A DNA stretch of 64,000 bases from Phaeosaccion multiseriatum (lineage: Eukaryota > Protista > Ochrophyta, other classes). Below are positions 60,834-64,000 of the stretch, piece by piece. The stretch is from assembly GCA_965112735.1 (NCBI GenBank), contig OZ218951.1, forward strand, positions 5,084,001-5,148,000. Direction: 5' to 3'. The notes beneath the pieces are model-generated. The model was not told the origin of the DNA. It saw nothing but the letters and a program-made list of their open reading frames with translations, and ran no database searches. The position numbers and the translations under genes are program-made. Each line of letters opens with the position of its first letter. Position 1 is the stretch's first letter.

Positions 60834-62295
60834 ATGTCGGGGAGCGGGCGGCGGACGCACTACCGTAAGAGTGTAACAGATGACTACCTCAACAACTTCC
60901 CGGAGCCTGGGCCTGGGGAGGAGATAGCTCGGGTGGTGGCGAGTCGGGGCTCGAACATCTTGGACATTGCGTGCTTAGACATGAGCAGGTTTACTCGCGG
61001 TCCGCAGGAGGAGGAGGAGGAGGAGGAGGGGGAAGAGGGCATCCAAGAGAAGTCGCCTATGGAAGGTGGAGAGGGGGATGCGGAAGTAGCGGCACTGGCA
61101 ACGAAAGTAGCAGGAGTAAGGGCTGGGGAGGATGGGGATGGGGTGGCAGTTAATTTAGATAGCGCGGTCAGTGCCGTCAGTAGCATAGATATGTCCGAGG
61201 AGAGAAGAGCAAAGGGTGAAGGTGGTGATGCCCTACACCACCCAGGGGCGTCAGCAGCAGGTTCCACTAGAGTAGATACTATCGGAGACGCAGCCACACG
61301 GACCACCGAGGACGGGGACGACGATGTGGATGGGTGTACCCATGAGCAACAGCAGAGCGAGGATGGGGCGCCTAAGGCGGAGGAAGAGGAGGAGGAGGAG
61401 GAGGGAGAGGGAGGGGGAGAAGGCTTGGTCCGCTGCTTGGCCATCTTGCCAACGCGCTTCCGCAAGCTCATCTGGGTGAAGCGCGGGGACTTCCTTATTG
61501 TGTCCACCGCCACGGACGACTATGAGAACAACACCGGAGAACGGGGAAAGGTGAGGATCAAGGCCTGTGGGCTGTTTTGTTGGACGTGTCCGTGGCGTCT
61601 TCCTCGATTGACCAATGGAGTGCCTATACGACCTGTTTGTGTGCGTGTTTTCACACCCTTTCTTATCCGTGTCATGACCCGGCGTTTTGCGGCACTGCGG
61701 CAACAAAGCATTGCGATCGGCGATCGGAGAGCGTCAAGAGACTGACATAAACTCACACTGACACGCCCCCTCATACGTAATTCTTAGATGATTCCTGTAA
61801 GTCAATGACCCCTCCTACCCACACGCACCCGCCCCCTCCTCCTACCCCACACAGGTGCGGCATCGTGTGGAGCACATCCTCAACAAGGACCAAGTTAAGC
61901 ACTTACGTAAGACTAAGCACTGGCCAGACGCCTTTCGGACGGCGCCCTTGGGAGCGGAGGAGGGGGGGGAGAGGCAGCTCCAGCAGCAGAAGGAGGAGCA
62001 ACACAGACAGCAGCAGGAGGACTTGATGGCTGGTGGAGGCGCGGCCGAGCGGCGGAAGGAGCAGCAGCAGCAGCAGCAACAGGAGCAATTGGTGGTACAG
62101 CAGCTCGCGGCGGACTGTGAAGACGGCCTTGGCAATGGTGGTGAAGTGTATGAGGATGACGGTTACAGTGACGACGATGGAAGCATAGACAGCCTCGGGG
62201 CGGAGTTCGGTAGGAACACGAATCGGGCGGCGCAGGCGAGGCTGAGGAATGAAGACTCCGGATCAGACGGCGACGAGGAGGACGGGGAAGGGTGA
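60834..62295 (+). CDS. EIF1AD: eIF1A-domain RNA-binding protein, 2 exons, with a large acidic insertion
   Basis: IARVVASRGSNILDI...LAILPTRFRKLIWVKRGDFLIV...GK|VRHRVEHILNKDQVKHLRKTKHWPDAF...NTNR. Intron ~61551-61854. Confidence 0.9.
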
Positions 62296-62619
62296 GCAAC
62301 CAATGGAGCAGGCGTAGTCATTTTGATAGCTTCTGTGGCACACACACACGATCTCATCGTGTCATCATGTGTATTCGGGAGGGCACGTAGTCTATACGTC
62401 TATACCTGCCAAGGCACGGTCGATGTCGGAAGGAGGGGTCACTATCATCTGTGTTCTTTTGATCGGCCCTTCATCAGTCTATTGTACACCGGTGGAAAGC
62501 AACCAATTCGTGTTGCTCGTTTTTGACGTTTTAATTGTAGACCTTCCTGCTTGAGGAGCTATGTTCGCACCCGTCCCGTTCCATCACTAGGGAACTTTGA
62601 ATCGACCCCGGATGCGATC

Positions 62620-62820
62620 TCTACTGCCGGCCAGCCGGCATGCCATCAGCTATTACCCCAAACCACCCCCCCTCAGCTATTGCGCCTCTGACCACCAGAC
62701 ATGACTGAGCTAGCCCCCCAGCTAGTGTATTACCGGCACGCTACCAGCTATTGATGCGTGCCAGCCCATAACGAGCTATCTTTGGGCCCGAAGGGACAAT
62801 TGCGCAGCTATCGGCAATGC
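62620..62820. repeat. GCTAT-rich intergenic island 4 (reverse orientation)
   Basis: The reverse complement contains ggggtaatagctgatggcatgccggctggccggcag and caatagctggtagcgtgccgg, matching island 1. Confidence 0.6.
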
Positions 62821-63179
62821 TCGACGAACCAACCCTGGCCACAGTACGAAGTACCGTGCTCTGCCAAAGAGAGTTTTGGGTGGATTACCAACGCGTGATG
62901 TAACACCATCCGCCATAATCCCATAGTCCTGTGCACAAGGACCTCGCTCGAGTAGAGTGAGTGATCTTTGAGGGCCAGGCCACCGCCATTGTGAGGGCCA
63001 GGCCACCGCCAAGCGCCTTGTGCTGGAAGCGCACACGTGCGAGGAAGGAAGCCCTTCCTGCTGCTGAGTGCGTGAGGGACATTCTTTGACTCCTTTTTTT
63101 CAAAAGAAATTAGCTAAAACCATAAGAAAGACGTGGAATTGAAAGAGGGTTGAGCCAAAGCAAACCTGAATTCCATCCC

Positions 63180-64000
63180 TTACTGCCCTCCTCCACCGAC
63201 CCGCATCACCACCCTCCCCGGGTTGTGCTCGTCTTCCCATACTTCGACGCCCGGCCTCTCCTGCAAGTAGGCCAGCACCGCGGGCTTGAGAACGCTGACG
63301 CCGTCCTCACTGCCTCGGCCTCGGCCTGTGATAACTTCGATCTCGCCCTCCACCTTCTCCACTGAGAGCATGTGACGAAGCGCTGCCTTGCTCGTTCCCC
63401 TGGTGAAGTCGTGCAAGTCCACCTCCTGCCCCCCTTTCTTCCAGTGATTCAAGACCCCCTGCGATACGGCCTCTGCGTACAGCCCGTCAGCAGCCTCCTC
63501 GTCGCCACCGTCCTGCAGAGCATCGATGGTGGAGCTGTAGCTGATTTTATCTGGAGCGGGTCCTTCCGCCTTCATCTCCCTCAGTAAGCCCATTGCCTCC
63601 ACGTGTTGGCTGGCTCTGGCGCATGCACTAATGGTGGCATTGTAGCTGATTTCATCTGGAGCGAGTCCTTGTGCCTTCATCTCCCTCAGTAAGCCCATTG
63701 CCTGCACGTTTTGGTTGGCTCTGGCGCATGCACTAATGGTGGCATTGTAGCTGATTTCATCCGGAGCGAGTCCTTCCGCCTCCATCTCCCTCAGTAAACC
63801 CAATGCCTCCACATGTTGGTTGGCTCTGGCGCATGCATTAATGGTGGCATTGTAGCTGATTTCATCCGGAGCGGGTCCTTTCGCCTCCATCTCCCTCAAT
63901 AAACCCAATGCCTCCACATATTGGTTGGCTCTGGCGCATGCATTAATGGTGGCATTGTAGCTGACTCCATCCGGAGCGAGTCCTTGTGCCTTCCTCTCTC
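63180..64000 (-). CDS. PPR-Smr protein, 3' part (continues beyond the window)
   Basis: 35-aa repeats EISYNATINACARANQHVEALGLLREMEAEGLAPD followed by an Smr domain VDLHD...IEVITGRG...LKPAVLAYL...NPGRV. Confidence 0.93.
   Translation of the reverse strand, partial: ERKAQGLAPDGVSYNATINACARANQYVEALGLLREMEAKGPAPDEISYNATINACARANQHVEALGLLREMEAEGLAPDEISYNATISACARANQNVQAMGLLREMKAQGLAPDEISYNATISACARASQHVEAMGLLREMKAEGPAPDKISYSSTIDALQDGGDEEAADGLYAEAVSQGVLNHWKKGGQEVDLHDFTRGTSKAALRHMLSVEKVEGEIEVITGRGRGSEDGVSVLKPAVLAYLQERPGVEVWEDEHNPGRVVMRVGGGGQ

Overview
Eukaryotic nuclear DNA with many introns and microsatellites. An ochrophyte/stramenopile alga is my best guess from gene content and intron style; this is inference, not an identification. 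Spliced single-copy genes: a two-HMG-box protein, an NRAMP transporter, a signal-peptide STI1/DP-repeat protein, an ankyrin-RING E3 ligase, a glutaredoxin-fold protein, a PP2A-B56/Ser-Thr kinase fusion, a Tudor/IQ protein, a BMT5(DUF2431)/C2H2 zinc-finger protein, WBP11, RPC25, EIF1AD and the 3' part of a PPR-Smr gene. Many of these form head-to-head pairs. An accessory block at 33-54.7 kb holds four paralogous ankyrin-repeat genes with constant N- and C-terminal caps. Their variation is concentrated at the predicted binding-surface positions, like a natural DARPin library, and they may end in an F-box/SOCS-like tail. The same block contains a Sola-type DDD transposase relic, a PIF1/Helitron helicase relic, a CRE-like retroelement relic, a ~4 kb tandem segmental duplication and five long inverted repeats. 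Two DNA-level signals are not explained by gene annotation. (i) A 15-bp motif, CAGTTGGTRRTACAG, occurs roughly 25 times on both strands, in introns, intergenic DNA and exons in different reading frames; I found none in the ankyrin genes or TE relics. (ii) Four intergenic ~100-200 bp islands are built from ATAGC(N)GATAGCGYRCCGG units.
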